Source: Rhodospirillaceae bacterium (lineage in GTDB: Bacteria > Pseudomonadota > Alphaproteobacteria > TMED109). From it: a stretch of DNA of 64,000 nt. Where the stretch lies: NCBI GenBank assembly GCA_902615805.1, contig CACMQH010000001.1, positions 157,222-221,221 of the forward strand, read 5' to 3'. The translations under genes were made by a program, and so were the position numbers. Below, in pieces: positions 41,900 to 51,748 of the stretch. A model generated the notes under the pieces. The model saw only the letters and a list, made by a program, of their open reading frames with translations. It did not search any database and was not told the DNA's origin. Numbering within the stretch: position 1 is the first letter of the stretch; the number at the start of each line of letters is the position of its first letter.

Positions 41900-43168
41900 A
41901 TGAAATTAAGATACATATACTCCGCCTGTACTGTTTGTGAGACTGAAGAAGCAAAAATACTAAGTGACCCATGGTTTACACCAGGAGCATTTTACGGTTC
42001 ATGGCAATTATATCCACCACTTAAAAAAAAACCTATTGAGATAATAGGTAAAGTTGATGCTATATATGTATCACATCTACACCCTGATCATTATGATCCC
42101 ATTTTTTTGAAGACTTATTTGAATGTATTTCCTGAGACTAGAATATTAATAGGCCAAAATAAACCCGCACACCTTCAAAGACTAATGCAACAAGAGGGTA
42201 TAAACCCTGAGGTAATTACTACTACTAAGATAAAAGACATTGAAATTTCAATATTTCCTAACAATTCTAATTCTATCCATGGTATCATTGATAGTGCTGC
42301 AGTATATAAAACTAAAAAGTTTGCTATCGTAAATATGAATGATAATAGTTTTAATTTAAAACAGTTAAAAGCTATAAAAGAATCATTAAAAGGACAAAAG
42401 ATAAATTTAGCAATGTTGCCTTATACAGGAGCAATGTTATATCCTCAAATGTATCGTTTCGAAAATAAAAAAGAATTAAGTACAGCAATTGAAAGTCAAA
42501 AAAAACAAGGTCTTTTGAACTATAAAAATTTTATAAATTATTTAGAACCTGATTTTGCTTTACCATTTGCAGGCAAGTATTGGTTAGGTGGTAGTTTAAT
42601 AAATAAAAACTTTTCAAGAGGAGTTACTGATCAACTAGATGCAAAATATTCTGTTAGTGAGAAGTCTATAGTTTTAGAAGATGGAGGATTTTCTTACTTT
42701 GACTGTGAAAAATTAAAAGCAAATAAAGAACGTAAAAATTATTATAAAAAAGAAGAGGTCATAGATTATTTAAAATCCATTCCTACAGAATTATACCCGT
42801 GGGAGAAAGAACTTAAAATTGATAATCAAAGGTCCTTACCTCTCAATTATCTCTTAAATAAAGCTATTTCTAATGCTCATTCAAAAATTAAAATAAATGA
42901 AGATATTTGGATTTGTTTTAAATTAAAAAACCTAAAGCAATATTTAGTTTTTAATGCCAAAGAGAATAAACCATCAAAAATGTTATGCAGTGTAGAAAGC
43001 CTTTCTAGAAGAGAAGAGATTTTTATTGATGACAGACTTTTTTTTGGAATACTAACTCGCCTTTATCATTGGAATAATGCTTACATAGGATCACATTATG
43101 AAGTTAAAAGATCTCCAGATATTTATAGCAGGAAAATAATTGACTTTTTAAACTATTTGCATGTTTAA
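41900..43168 (+). CDS. MBL-fold metalloenzyme resembling the catalytic part of CMP-Neu5Ac hydroxylase (UlaG/CMAH-like)
   Basis: DPWFTPGAFYGSW, YVSHLHPDHY, DSA, NMND, PFAG. Confidence 0.75.
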   Translation: MKLRYIYSACTVCETEEAKILSDPWFTPGAFYGSWQLYPPLKKKPIEIIGKVDAIYVSHLHPDHYDPIFLKTYLNVFPETRILIGQNKPAHLQRLMQQEGINPEVITTTKIKDIEISIFPNNSNSIHGIIDSAAVYKTKKFAIVNMNDNSFNLKQLKAIKESLKGQKINLAMLPYTGAMLYPQMYRFENKKELSTAIESQKKQGLLNYKNFINYLEPDFALPFAGKYWLGGSLINKNFSRGVTDQLDAKYSVSEKSIVLEDGGFSYFDCEKLKANKERKNYYKKEEVIDYLKSIPTELYPWEKELKIDNQRSLPLNYLLNKAISNAHSKIKINEDIWICFKLKNLKQYLVFNAKENKPSKMLCSVESLSRREEIFIDDRLFFGILTRLYHWNNAYIGSHYEVKRSPDIYSRKIIDFLNYLHV

Positions 43169-43196
43169 AAGTTTAATTTAAATCAATTGATATAAG

Positions 43197-44987
43197 ATGA
43201 AAAAATTAAAAAAGAAATCAATTACAGACTGTGAAATTGTTTACGTTGATAATTTAAATGCATTAAACTTTCTTTACTCTAATAATTTACAAAAAAACTG
43301 TTTAATTAGATCCTTAAGCCCTAATGTTTTAAAAAATAAACCTGATGCAGTAGACATAGATAAATTAGTAAGCAAAAAAAAATATAATTTTATAATTAAT
43401 AAATCTCAAGATATGATTACTAGCGTTATTAATACTTGCTATGATTTATATAAAGATTGGGCAGTCAGTAAAGCATTTGGACAACTTGTTTTTGAAAATT
43501 TAAGAGTCTTAATGAGGGCAGCAACTTTAACAAGCACTGACTATAAAAAAAGAACTTGTATTGTGAATTTACATACTAATAATAATTTTATTAATTATAG
43601 AATTTCATCTCCATGGGAAAAGCTTTTGGACTATAATGAAAATTTAGAAATAATAAACTATTACATAAAATTACCTAAAAATAGATCATATAACTTTGAA
43701 AAAAATATATCTTTTTTTCAAAAATTAGCTTCTTATTCTAAAGAAAAATATGTTTATAAGTTTGCCACGGTATTATCAAAATTTTCAAACTACAAGTATG
43801 GCAATAGAAACATCCAGTGCTTTTCCTCTAATGATTATGCAAAGGAAGTAGCAAGTTATTTTTTTTTCAAAAAGTGGAATATAGTTAAACCTAAATTAAT
43901 AAAGCACGATAAGAAGAAAATAAATATTAAGAAAAATAATATTGACCATATAATAAATAATATTTTTAAAACATTTGCTGATCAAATTTGCTGTAGCAAA
44001 GCCTCTTTTGCAGCTCAAAATCAATTAAGAAATGAGGCTTATCTAGCCTTTGAAAAATATTTTGATATAAAAAATAACTATTCTTTAAAAATTAAATTTA
44101 TGGATAAAAAAAACATTGTTTTTTTAGGGCACAATAAAAACTTTGAAAGCGCAGCTATATCGTCTAAATTTATAGATTCAAACAGTCCAGTGGTACTATT
44201 TCAGCATGGGCTGGATAAAGAAATAACCCACAGACTAGAAAAACAAAAAATTTGTGATGAAAATGTGTTATCTAATATTGTCGTATGTTATAACAAACAT
44301 CAGAAAAACTGCTTAAAAAATAACCCTTTTGCTATAAAAGACTCAGAAAGTATTGTTGGTGGCTGCCCTAAAGAATATTTCAATTATAACAAAAAAAAAT
44401 ATAAATATGATAGTATTTTGTATGTAAGCTCATTTTTGCCAAGAGGATATATTCAGAATATTTTTGATAATGTAGGTGATTTTGAAAATACTAAAAAAGA
44501 GATAGCTTTCATCAATGAAATACTTTCTAAAACTAATAAACATATAACATATAAAACTTATCCTTCAATTAGATATGCAGATACTGACCTAATAAAAAAA
44601 GAAGTTAACAAGCATATTAATTTAAAACTTTTTGATACTAATATTGATGGTAGATATTTTTATTCAAAATATAGAGCAATTATTACCACAAAAGCTACCA
44701 GCACTCTAGGTTGGGTAATAGCTTCTAATAGGCCTGTTATATATATAGACCCACAAAATAAAGATTATAGAATTCATAAAAATTTAAGAACTATATTTAA
44801 AAATAGTTTATTTTTTTTTGATAGCAGAGAAAATAATTGGGATAAAAAGCTGCTTGAATTTTTAAAAAGACCTATTGATGATATAGAAAACCTTTATTTA
44901 AATAAAAATAGAGAAAAATTAATGAAATATATACTACCTAATGTAGACTATAAAAAAATCTATAATTATCTTTCAAATAAAATATAG
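43197..44987 (+). CDS. Hypothetical surface-carbohydrate protein, possible GT-B transferase
   Basis: 596-aa ORF with FQHG, YKTYP and TSTLGWVIASNRPVIYID, features typical of orphan transferases in nonulosonate loci. Confidence 0.5.
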   Translation: MKKLKKKSITDCEIVYVDNLNALNFLYSNNLQKNCLIRSLSPNVLKNKPDAVDIDKLVSKKKYNFIINKSQDMITSVINTCYDLYKDWAVSKAFGQLVFENLRVLMRAATLTSTDYKKRTCIVNLHTNNNFINYRISSPWEKLLDYNENLEIINYYIKLPKNRSYNFEKNISFFQKLASYSKEKYVYKFATVLSKFSNYKYGNRNIQCFSSNDYAKEVASYFFFKKWNIVKPKLIKHDKKKINIKKNNIDHIINNIFKTFADQICCSKASFAAQNQLRNEAYLAFEKYFDIKNNYSLKIKFMDKKNIVFLGHNKNFESAAISSKFIDSNSPVVLFQHGLDKEITHRLEKQKICDENVLSNIVVCYNKHQKNCLKNNPFAIKDSESIVGGCPKEYFNYNKKKYKYDSILYVSSFLPRGYIQNIFDNVGDFENTKKEIAFINEILSKTNKHITYKTYPSIRYADTDLIKKEVNKHINLKLFDTNIDGRYFYSKYRAIITTKATSTLGWVIASNRPVIYIDPQNKDYRIHKNLRTIFKNSLFFFDSRENNWDKKLLEFLKRPIDDIENLYLNKNREKLMKYILPNVDYKKIYNYLSNKI

Positions 44988-44998
44988 AGAGTTTAGAA

Positions 44999-45925
44999 TT
45001 GAAACTAAGTTTAGAAAAAATAGAAGATAGTGGTTTATGGAATAACTTTACCGAAGAATCAAAACAAGGCACTATATTCAACAGAACCGAATACTTTGAA
45101 ATGTTTAGTAAGAAAATAGACCTATGGTTCTTCTGTAAAAACAGTAATCCTGTTCTTGCTGTTCCTATTATAAAAAATGAAGCTTTGCCTTTTTCATATT
45201 ATCAAGGTCCTATGCTATCAAAACATATCAACCATTTAGAAGGCCTTAAAAAAATTGAAAGAACAAACAATATTTTATCATTTGCTATTGAGAAGTTAAG
45301 CAAAGAGTATAAAAATATTATTTTTTCATTACATTGGTCTCTTTCAGATATAAGACCTTTCATTTGGCATAATCAAAATAAAAATACTTTAAAACCTTTT
45401 TTAATTAAACCAAGATATACTGCTATAATACAATGTAAAAATTTTGATGCTTTTTTACATACAATTCGTAGAGATAGAAAGCAAGATTTAAAATATGCAA
45501 CTAAAAATTTGATACAAGTAAAAAAGTCAAAAGATGGAACTAATATACTCAACTTGTATATACAAACGATTAAAGAAAAGAACTCAAAAATTAATGAAGA
45601 AGATAAAGAAACACTTACAAAAATAATTAAATTAATAGAACAAAATGATTTAGGTTTTATACTTAAAGCATATTATAAAAACAAACTCATAGCAGCTCAA
45701 TTAGTTCTTGAAGATACATTTTACTCTCACGGAATAGTTTTAGTAGGAGCTAAAAAAAGTAACAATTTAGGTGTAAAGACACTACTTACTTTAGAATGGA
45801 TTAAAGATGCTATGGAAAAAGGTTTAATTGTAGACTTTAACGGAGCTAACTCTCCAAATCTTGCAGATTTTAAGCATAGTATGGGAGCAGAGCCTAAAAT
45901 ATTTTTTAATACTGTATTAAAATGA
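44999..45925 (+). CDS. FemAB/BioF2-like tandem GNAT-fold protein
   Basis: WNNF..ESKQGTIF, RR..LKYA, DFNGANSP...FKHSMGA. Confidence 0.7.
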   Translation: MKLSLEKIEDSGLWNNFTEESKQGTIFNRTEYFEMFSKKIDLWFFCKNSNPVLAVPIIKNEALPFSYYQGPMLSKHINHLEGLKKIERTNNILSFAIEKLSKEYKNIIFSLHWSLSDIRPFIWHNQNKNTLKPFLIKPRYTAIIQCKNFDAFLHTIRRDRKQDLKYATKNLIQVKKSKDGTNILNLYIQTIKEKNSKINEEDKETLTKIIKLIEQNDLGFILKAYYKNKLIAAQLVLEDTFYSHGIVLVGAKKSNNLGVKTLLTLEWIKDAMEKGLIVDFNGANSPNLADFKHSMGAEPKIFFNTVLK

Positions 45926-46548
45926 ATCTAAGAAAGAATAATATGTATAAAAAAATTAAATTAATAAAAGAGGGTACAGAAAAAATATATTTTTCAAATA
46001 AAATATACTATGAGCCATTAGAAAGTTTTACTAAAGAAAAAACTGCAATAAAAAATTTAGTTAACTGGAGAAATAAAAATAGAGTGTTTTTTAAAGACTC
46101 TTCAAAGACTGATATACAAAAAACAAAAAATTGGATAACATCTATAATAAAAGATGATTTAAGAATTATATTTATACTTAAATCATTGGAACAATCAAAA
46201 CAACCTTTCGGAATGCTAGGTATTTCTAATTTTTGTAATAAAACTTCTTCGTGCTATATTGAAAATGTAAATAAATTTTCTAAAAATGGTTATAAAAACT
46301 TTATGTATTTATCTATTAAAAATTTATGTTTATATCTAAATAAAACAATCTCTATTAAAAAAATAAAAATAAATTGTTTTTCTGATGAAGTAAGAGCACT
46401 GAGCTTATATAGTAGATTAGGTTTTTCTCCAGTTAAATTAATACCACTAAAAAAAAATAAAAAAAAAACATTTATAAATTTGGAATTGGAGAAAACATTT
46501 AAGAAACCCGATAGATTTTTTTTAAAGATGGAAAAAGTTTATGAATAA
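45922..46548 (+). CDS. GNAT N-acetyltransferase (PseH-like)
   Basis: LVNWRN, PFGMLG, RALSLYSRLGF. Confidence 0.75.
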   Translation: MNLRKNNMYKKIKLIKEGTEKIYFSNKIYYEPLESFTKEKTAIKNLVNWRNKNRVFFKDSSKTDIQKTKNWITSIIKDDLRIIFILKSLEQSKQPFGMLGISNFCNKTSSCYIENVNKFSKNGYKNFMYLSIKNLCLYLNKTISIKKIKINCFSDEVRALSLYSRLGFSPVKLIPLKKNKKKTFINLELEKTFKKPDRFFLKMEKVYE

Positions 46549-47353
46549 AACAAAAAAATATATACAAGAAATAAGGAAGCAGGGCTATACCATAGTAAGA
46601 AACGTATTAAGCGATAAAAATATAAATTCAATAAATAAGGACATTAAAAGAGTTTTAATTGAGTCTTGTTACAATATTTGTGATAAAAAAGAAATCTTAA
46701 GTTATAAGAAAAAAAATATTGATTTTTTATACAATTATTTAAAGCAGAAATCACCTCAACTCAAAGCACACTGTTATGATGTTCTTTCAAAATTAGCAAT
46801 TGTAAATAAGTATATTAATAATAATAAATTGTATGATATTGCAAAAGAATATTTAAAAGAAACCTTAATTATTAACTCTGCACAACTAAGAGTTGATGAC
46901 CCCTCTGATGATCGAATGCTTCCTTGGCATCAAGAGCTTGAACAAATGTCCTTAATAACATTGAATGTTTGGCTACCTTTAACTAATATCACAGAAAAAT
47001 CAGGAGGACTATCAGTTATCCCGGAGTCTCATAAAAAAGGTTTACAAAAACATATAATTGAAAAAGAAATAAATTCTTATTTTAGGCTACCAAGAAAACT
47101 TTTAGAAAAAGAAACACAAATACCTTTATTTATGAATGCTGGAGATGCAATTATATTCCATTCTTTTTTATTTCATAAAAGTACAAGTAATATTAGTAAA
47201 AGAAATAGATGGACTATAGTATTTAGATATAATCAGTTATCCACTATGCCATATTTAAAGTCACCTAAAGCAAAAATGTTCATGAAAAGAAATCCTAAAG
47301 CAAATGAGCCAGGCCATAATTTCATTAAAAATTTTAAAATGAATATAAAATGA
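46541..47353 (+). CDS. Phytanoyl-CoA dioxygenase-family Fe(II)/2OG oxygenase
   Basis: QGYTIVRNVL, PWHQE, VWLPL, GGLSVIPESHK, GDAIIFH..LFHKS..N....R. Confidence 0.88.
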   Translation: MNKTKKYIQEIRKQGYTIVRNVLSDKNINSINKDIKRVLIESCYNICDKKEILSYKKKNIDFLYNYLKQKSPQLKAHCYDVLSKLAIVNKYINNNKLYDIAKEYLKETLIINSAQLRVDDPSDDRMLPWHQELEQMSLITLNVWLPLTNITEKSGGLSVIPESHKKGLQKHIIEKEINSYFRLPRKLLEKETQIPLFMNAGDAIIFHSFLFHKSTSNISKRNRWTIVFRYNQLSTMPYLKSPKAKMFMKRNPKANEPGHNFIKNFKMNIK

Positions 47354-48669
47354 GCAAGCAAGAAATAAATTTACTAAATAAATTATTAAAAGAGTTATGG
47401 CCTCTTCACAGAAGTATTACGGGCAAAGGAATTAATGAGAGCTTAGATATATTAGGACGGTATATTCCTCTAAAAAAAATAAAGTTTCCTTCTGGAAAGA
47501 AAGTTTTTGATTGGACCATTCCTAAAGAGTGGGTAGTTAATAAAGCCTATGTAATAAACCCAAAAGGGAAAAAAATATTAGATGTCAAAAAGAACAATTT
47601 ACATCTTATTAATTATTCAGATAAATTTATAGGAAAAATTAATAAAGATATTTTATTGAAACATTTATATTCTAATCCCAAGTATCCTAATGCTATTCCA
47701 TATATAACTAGTTACTATGAAAAAAGATGGGGATTTTGTATTAGCGATAATGAAAGAAAGAAGTTAAAAAAAGGTATTTATCAAGTAGTTATTGATACTA
47801 ATTTTGTAGATGGCTCACTGGTTTTAGGTGAAGCAGTAATAAAAGGCAGAACCAGAAAGGAAATTTTAATATCATCTCATTTATGTCATCCATCTATGGC
47901 TAATGATCAATTATCAGGTCCTATCACTAGCCTTCTTCTATATAAGAAAATCATTTCCAATAAGCTTTATCAGGATTTTACTTTTAGATTTCTATTCTTA
48001 CCAGAAACTATTGGAAGTATAGCATATTTAAGTAAGTATGGAAAAAATTTAAAAAAAAATCTAATAGCAGGTTTAATATGTGTTTTAACAGGGGGCAAAG
48101 GACCTTTAACTTACAGAAAGTCTAGAAAAGGTAATAGTCTAATTGATAAAGCCTGCGAAATAGCTATTAAAGATATAATAAAAGTAAATAAAATTAAAAA
48201 ATATGAAATTAATAATTTTAACCCTGCTTTTGGAAATGATCAAAGACAGTTTTGTTCAACTAATTTCAATCTACCTGTTGGCTGTTTAACTAATACCAGT
48301 GATAAAAAAACCAAAGAGTACCATAGTTCTATGGATACACTTAATAAACTGTCTAAAAAAGGCGTAATTGATATGTCACTACTTTATGAAAAAGTAATAA
48401 AAATTATAGTTACTAATAAAACTTGTAAAAATTTAAAGGGTAATGGAGAACCTTTTTTATCAAAATATAGTATTTACCCAACATTAAATGATGCTACAAA
48501 AAAGAATAGTTTGTATAAAAACAGAGAGGCAATATTGTGGGTATTAAATTATAGTGATGGACATAATGACTTAATAACAATTTCACAAATAAGTGGTTTA
48601 AGTTATGATAGTATTTTAGAAGCTGCAGACTTATTAATGAATAAAAATTTATTAAAGCAAATAATTTAG
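47350..48669 (+). CDS. DUF4910/DUF2172 aminopeptidase-like polysaccharide biosynthesis protein with C-terminal HTH
   Basis: LWPLHRSITGKG, FDWTIPKEW, AIPYITSYY, HLCHPSMAND, PETIGS, EYHSS.D, YSDG. Confidence 0.85.
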   Translation: MSKQEINLLNKLLKELWPLHRSITGKGINESLDILGRYIPLKKIKFPSGKKVFDWTIPKEWVVNKAYVINPKGKKILDVKKNNLHLINYSDKFIGKINKDILLKHLYSNPKYPNAIPYITSYYEKRWGFCISDNERKKLKKGIYQVVIDTNFVDGSLVLGEAVIKGRTRKEILISSHLCHPSMANDQLSGPITSLLLYKKIISNKLYQDFTFRFLFLPETIGSIAYLSKYGKNLKKNLIAGLICVLTGGKGPLTYRKSRKGNSLIDKACEIAIKDIIKVNKIKKYEINNFNPAFGNDQRQFCSTNFNLPVGCLTNTSDKKTKEYHSSMDTLNKLSKKGVIDMSLLYEKVIKIIVTNKTCKNLKGNGEPFLSKYSIYPTLNDATKKNSLYKNREAILWVLNYSDGHNDLITISQISGLSYDSILEAADLLMNKNLLKQII

Positions 48670-48863
48670 TTTTTTATAACTTCCTTTTTAATAAATCAAC
48701 TTATCATTGTACTTTATAAATTAACTAAGTGTATCTTTACATACATTATTTTTTCTCTTCATTATTTAATCAAAATTTGATATGTATTAAAATATTACCT
48801 CTATATTTAAGTAAATTTATTTGATATTTATTGTGGTAAAAAAAACGATGATTAAAATTCATT

Positions 48864-48939
48864 GCCGGATTAGCTCAGTTGGTAGAGCAACTGATTTGTA
48901 ATCAGTGGGTCGGCGGTTCAAATCCGTCATCCGGCACCA
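48864..48939 (+). tRNA. tRNA-Thr(TGT)
   Basis: GCCGGATTAGCTCAGTTGGTAGAGCAACTGATTTGTAATCAGT...GGTTCAAATCCGTCATCCGGCACCA, 76 nt. Confidence 0.98.
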
Positions 48940-48942
48940 AAA

Positions 48943-48981
48943 CTTTCAGAATATTAATGATAATATTTTACTATCTGAAAG
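48943..48981 (+). terminator. Bulged hairpin immediately after tRNA-Thr
   Basis: CTTTCAGA-ATATTA-atga-TAATAT-tttacta-TCTGAAAG. Confidence 0.4.
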
Positions 48982-49106
48982 CTCTTGCTTTATTTAAAAA
49001 TTTATATTCTTATTCAAATGCAAATTAATTAATATTTGGCCATTATATTATAATTAGATTTGCTTTTTCTTTTAGGTTGCACTTATTTTAAATTTGAAAG
49101 TATAAT

Positions 49107-50288
49107 TTGAATATGAATAATTTTAAATTCCCCTATTCTAGGGCCGACGTAAATAAAAGTGATATTAAAGCAGTAGTCAAAGTTCTAGAAAACCAATATC
49201 TTGCTCAGGGCAATGTGGTAAAAAACTTTGAAAATAGTATGAAAAAAAAATTTAAAGTCTCTGATGCTATAGTTTGTAATTCTGGTACTGCAGCATTGCA
49301 CTCTGTATACAGATCTATAGGTTTAGATAAAAAAAATGGAATTATAACAACCCCTATAACCTTTTTAGCAACTGCAAACGCTGCTAAAATGTGTAATGCT
49401 CCAGTTTTTTTTGCAGATGTTGATAGTCAAACAGGGTTAATGACACCAAAATCTCTAAAAGAAGCATTTAACAAAGTAAAATTTAAAGTTAAAGCAGTAG
49501 TTGTAGTGCACTTAGGAGGACATATATGTGACCTTGAGGGTATATCAAAAATTGCTAAGAAAAATGGGAGCTACGTAATTGAAGATGCCTGCCATGCCTT
49601 AGGAGCGATTTATTATGGCAAAGAAAAAAGTTATGTTGGTAGTTGCAAATACAGCTTAGCTTCGACTTTTAGTTTCCATGCTATTAAAAACATCACTATG
49701 GGTGAAGGTGGCGCAATTACAACTAACAATATTTCGTTAGCAAATAAGATTAGACTAAATATAAGTCATGGTATGATTAAAGAAAAAAGAAAAATGATTA
49801 ATAGTCCTAAAGACTCTCCTTGGTATTATCAGATGAGAGATTTTGGATGGAACTATAGAGCAAGCGAAATATCTTGCGCTTTAGGTCTAAATCAATTTAA
49901 AAGAATTGATAGAATAATAAAGAAGAGAAATTTAACGGCAAACTTATATAAAAAGTATTTATCAAGTAATAATAATATTATTTTACCCAATTTTAGTAAA
50001 AATTTGTACGCCAAAGGTTGGCATTTATTTCAACTAAGCATAGATTTTAAAAAATTAAAAATTAAAAAGCATCTCTTTATGAAACACCTAAGCAATCATT
50101 CTATTGGCTCACAGGTTCACTATATTCCTTTAGTAAATCAGCCATATTATAAAAATAATGTTGAAAAAAAGTTTTTGATTGGATCTAATATTTATTATCA
50201 AAATACTATTAGTATTCCAATGTATACTAGTTTAACTAAACAAGATGTTAAGTATATATCTAGAGTAGTTAATGATTTTTTTAATTAA
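49107..50288 (+). CDS. pseC: UDP-4-amino-4,6-dideoxy-HexNAc transaminase, PseC-like
   Basis: NSGTAALH, TFLATAN, EDACHALG, FSFHAIKNITMGEGG, QVHYIP. Confidence 0.85.
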   Translation: MNMNNFKFPYSRADVNKSDIKAVVKVLENQYLAQGNVVKNFENSMKKKFKVSDAIVCNSGTAALHSVYRSIGLDKKNGIITTPITFLATANAAKMCNAPVFFADVDSQTGLMTPKSLKEAFNKVKFKVKAVVVVHLGGHICDLEGISKIAKKNGSYVIEDACHALGAIYYGKEKSYVGSCKYSLASTFSFHAIKNITMGEGGAITTNNISLANKIRLNISHGMIKEKRKMINSPKDSPWYYQMRDFGWNYRASEISCALGLNQFKRIDRIIKKRNLTANLYKKYLSSNNNIILPNFSKNLYAKGWHLFQLSIDFKKLKIKKHLFMKHLSNHSIGSQVHYIPLVNQPYYKNNVEKKFLIGSNIYYQNTISIPMYTSLTKQDVKYISRVVNDFFN

Positions 50289-50314
50289 ATGAAAAAATAA
50301 AAAAATATAAAATT

Positions 50315-50770
50315 ATGGATATTTCTGATATTAAGTTAAGAAAAATTAGTATGATGGATAAACTATTAATTTATAATTGGTTTAATAAAAATGATAGTAT
50401 TCAATTTAAAATTAAAACAAAAAACAAAATCTTACTTAAAAATCATAATATATGGTTAAGAAGTTTTATAACCAAAAAGCAAGGTCGTATTTGGATAATA
50501 AAATATGAAAATAAAGATATAGGAAATATTCGCTTAAATAAATTACAGTATAAAGAATACGAAATAGATATATTTATAGCAAAAAAGTACAGGGGTTTAG
50601 AAGTTGCTAGTAAATCTCTACTTATTATAGAAAAAAAAATAAAAAAAGGTTCTGTAATATATTCAAATATAAAAAAAAATAACAATAGGTCTTTTCAATT
50701 TTTTATTAAGAATAATTATAAATTATATAAATCTAACAAATCAGTATGGTTTCTAAAAAAATTTGTTTAA
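50315..50770 (+). CDS. GNAT N-acetyltransferase, PseH-like
   Basis: IYNWFN, H..W, IGNIR, KYRGLEVA, N.RS..FF.K. Confidence 0.72.
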   Translation: MDISDIKLRKISMMDKLLIYNWFNKNDSIQFKIKTKNKILLKNHNIWLRSFITKKQGRIWIIKYENKDIGNIRLNKLQYKEYEIDIFIAKKYRGLEVASKSLLIIEKKIKKGSVIYSNIKKNNNRSFQFFIKNNYKLYKSNKSVWFLKKFV

Positions 50771-51744
50771 AAACTTTTGAAGTTATTTACATAGTTTTTT
50801 ATTTCTTTAAAAATTCTTGAGGCTCCGTCGCCATCAAATTTACTTGATATCGTATCTATTAAATTATTTCTAATCTCTTTTTTTTTTATCATCAAAGCAA
50901 TATTATGCTTCAAATCTTTTTGTATGTTTTTAGCTATTAATGCACAGCCAGTATCTTTCCAACTATCTAATAATTTTTTTTGTATATTATTTTGGGCTAT
51001 TAGTATAGTGGGTATATTGTATTCCAATCTCTCAATTTGAGAAAAACCAGGAGCACCAATGGCAAATCCACTTTTTTTATAAAATATATCTAAATTAGAT
51101 AAATTACTAAAAACTCGGAAGTTTTTATTAAAAGCTAAAGTGTTTTTTATATGCTTTTTATTTTTTTTATATTTGCCTAAAATAATATTAATTTTATATT
51201 CTTCTAGATTAAATTTTTGGTTAACTATTAAATCCTGAAATATCTTAACAACATTTTCTGTAAGGCCTTTTGAATCTTTATTTCCGAAAGAAACTAAAAT
51301 ATTTTTAGATTTTTTCACAATTGATATATTTTTTCTTTTTTTAATTAATGGTAAGTATTTATATCCTGATAAAAAGTTTTTTCTTTTAATATTTATAGGG
51401 TGCATACATACACTTAATACGTTTTTAAAATTAAGGTGCTTATCTACAAATATTATAATAGGTTTAACGCCCAGAATACTTTCTATTTTAAAAACTTCTA
51501 TATTGGGGCTATCAATAATAACTGCTTTAGCATTATATTCAATTGCATATTTGATTGTTTTAGATAATGATGTGCTACTAGTTTCTTCTATTATTTTATC
51601 TGTAAGATTGTTTGGTAATTCTTTTTTTGTTCCTCTCTCTATAAACCATACTACTTTACTTTTAATTTTATTTCTTATTTTTATACATCTGTTAATGTGA
51701 CCTTTTCCTAAATTTGAATTAGTTGATACTCTAATTAAATACAT
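50767..51744 (-). CDS. pseG: UDP-sugar hydrolase, PseG/SpsG-like
   Basis: LGKGHINRC, VSFGNKD, AIGAPG.S..E, A.NNIQ, DGDGASRI. Confidence 0.75.
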   Translation of the reverse strand: MYLIRVSTNSNLGKGHINRCIKIRNKIKSKVVWFIERGTKKELPNNLTDKIIEETSSTSLSKTIKYAIEYNAKAVIIDSPNIEVFKIESILGVKPIIIFVDKHLNFKNVLSVCMHPINIKRKNFLSGYKYLPLIKKRKNISIVKKSKNILVSFGNKDSKGLTENVVKIFQDLIVNQKFNLEEYKINIILGKYKKNKKHIKNTLAFNKNFRVFSNLSNLDIFYKKSGFAIGAPGFSQIERLEYNIPTILIAQNNIQKKLLDSWKDTGCALIAKNIQKDLKHNIALMIKKKEIRNNLIDTISSKFDGDGASRIFKEIKNYVNNFKSF

Positions 51745-51748
51745 TTAA

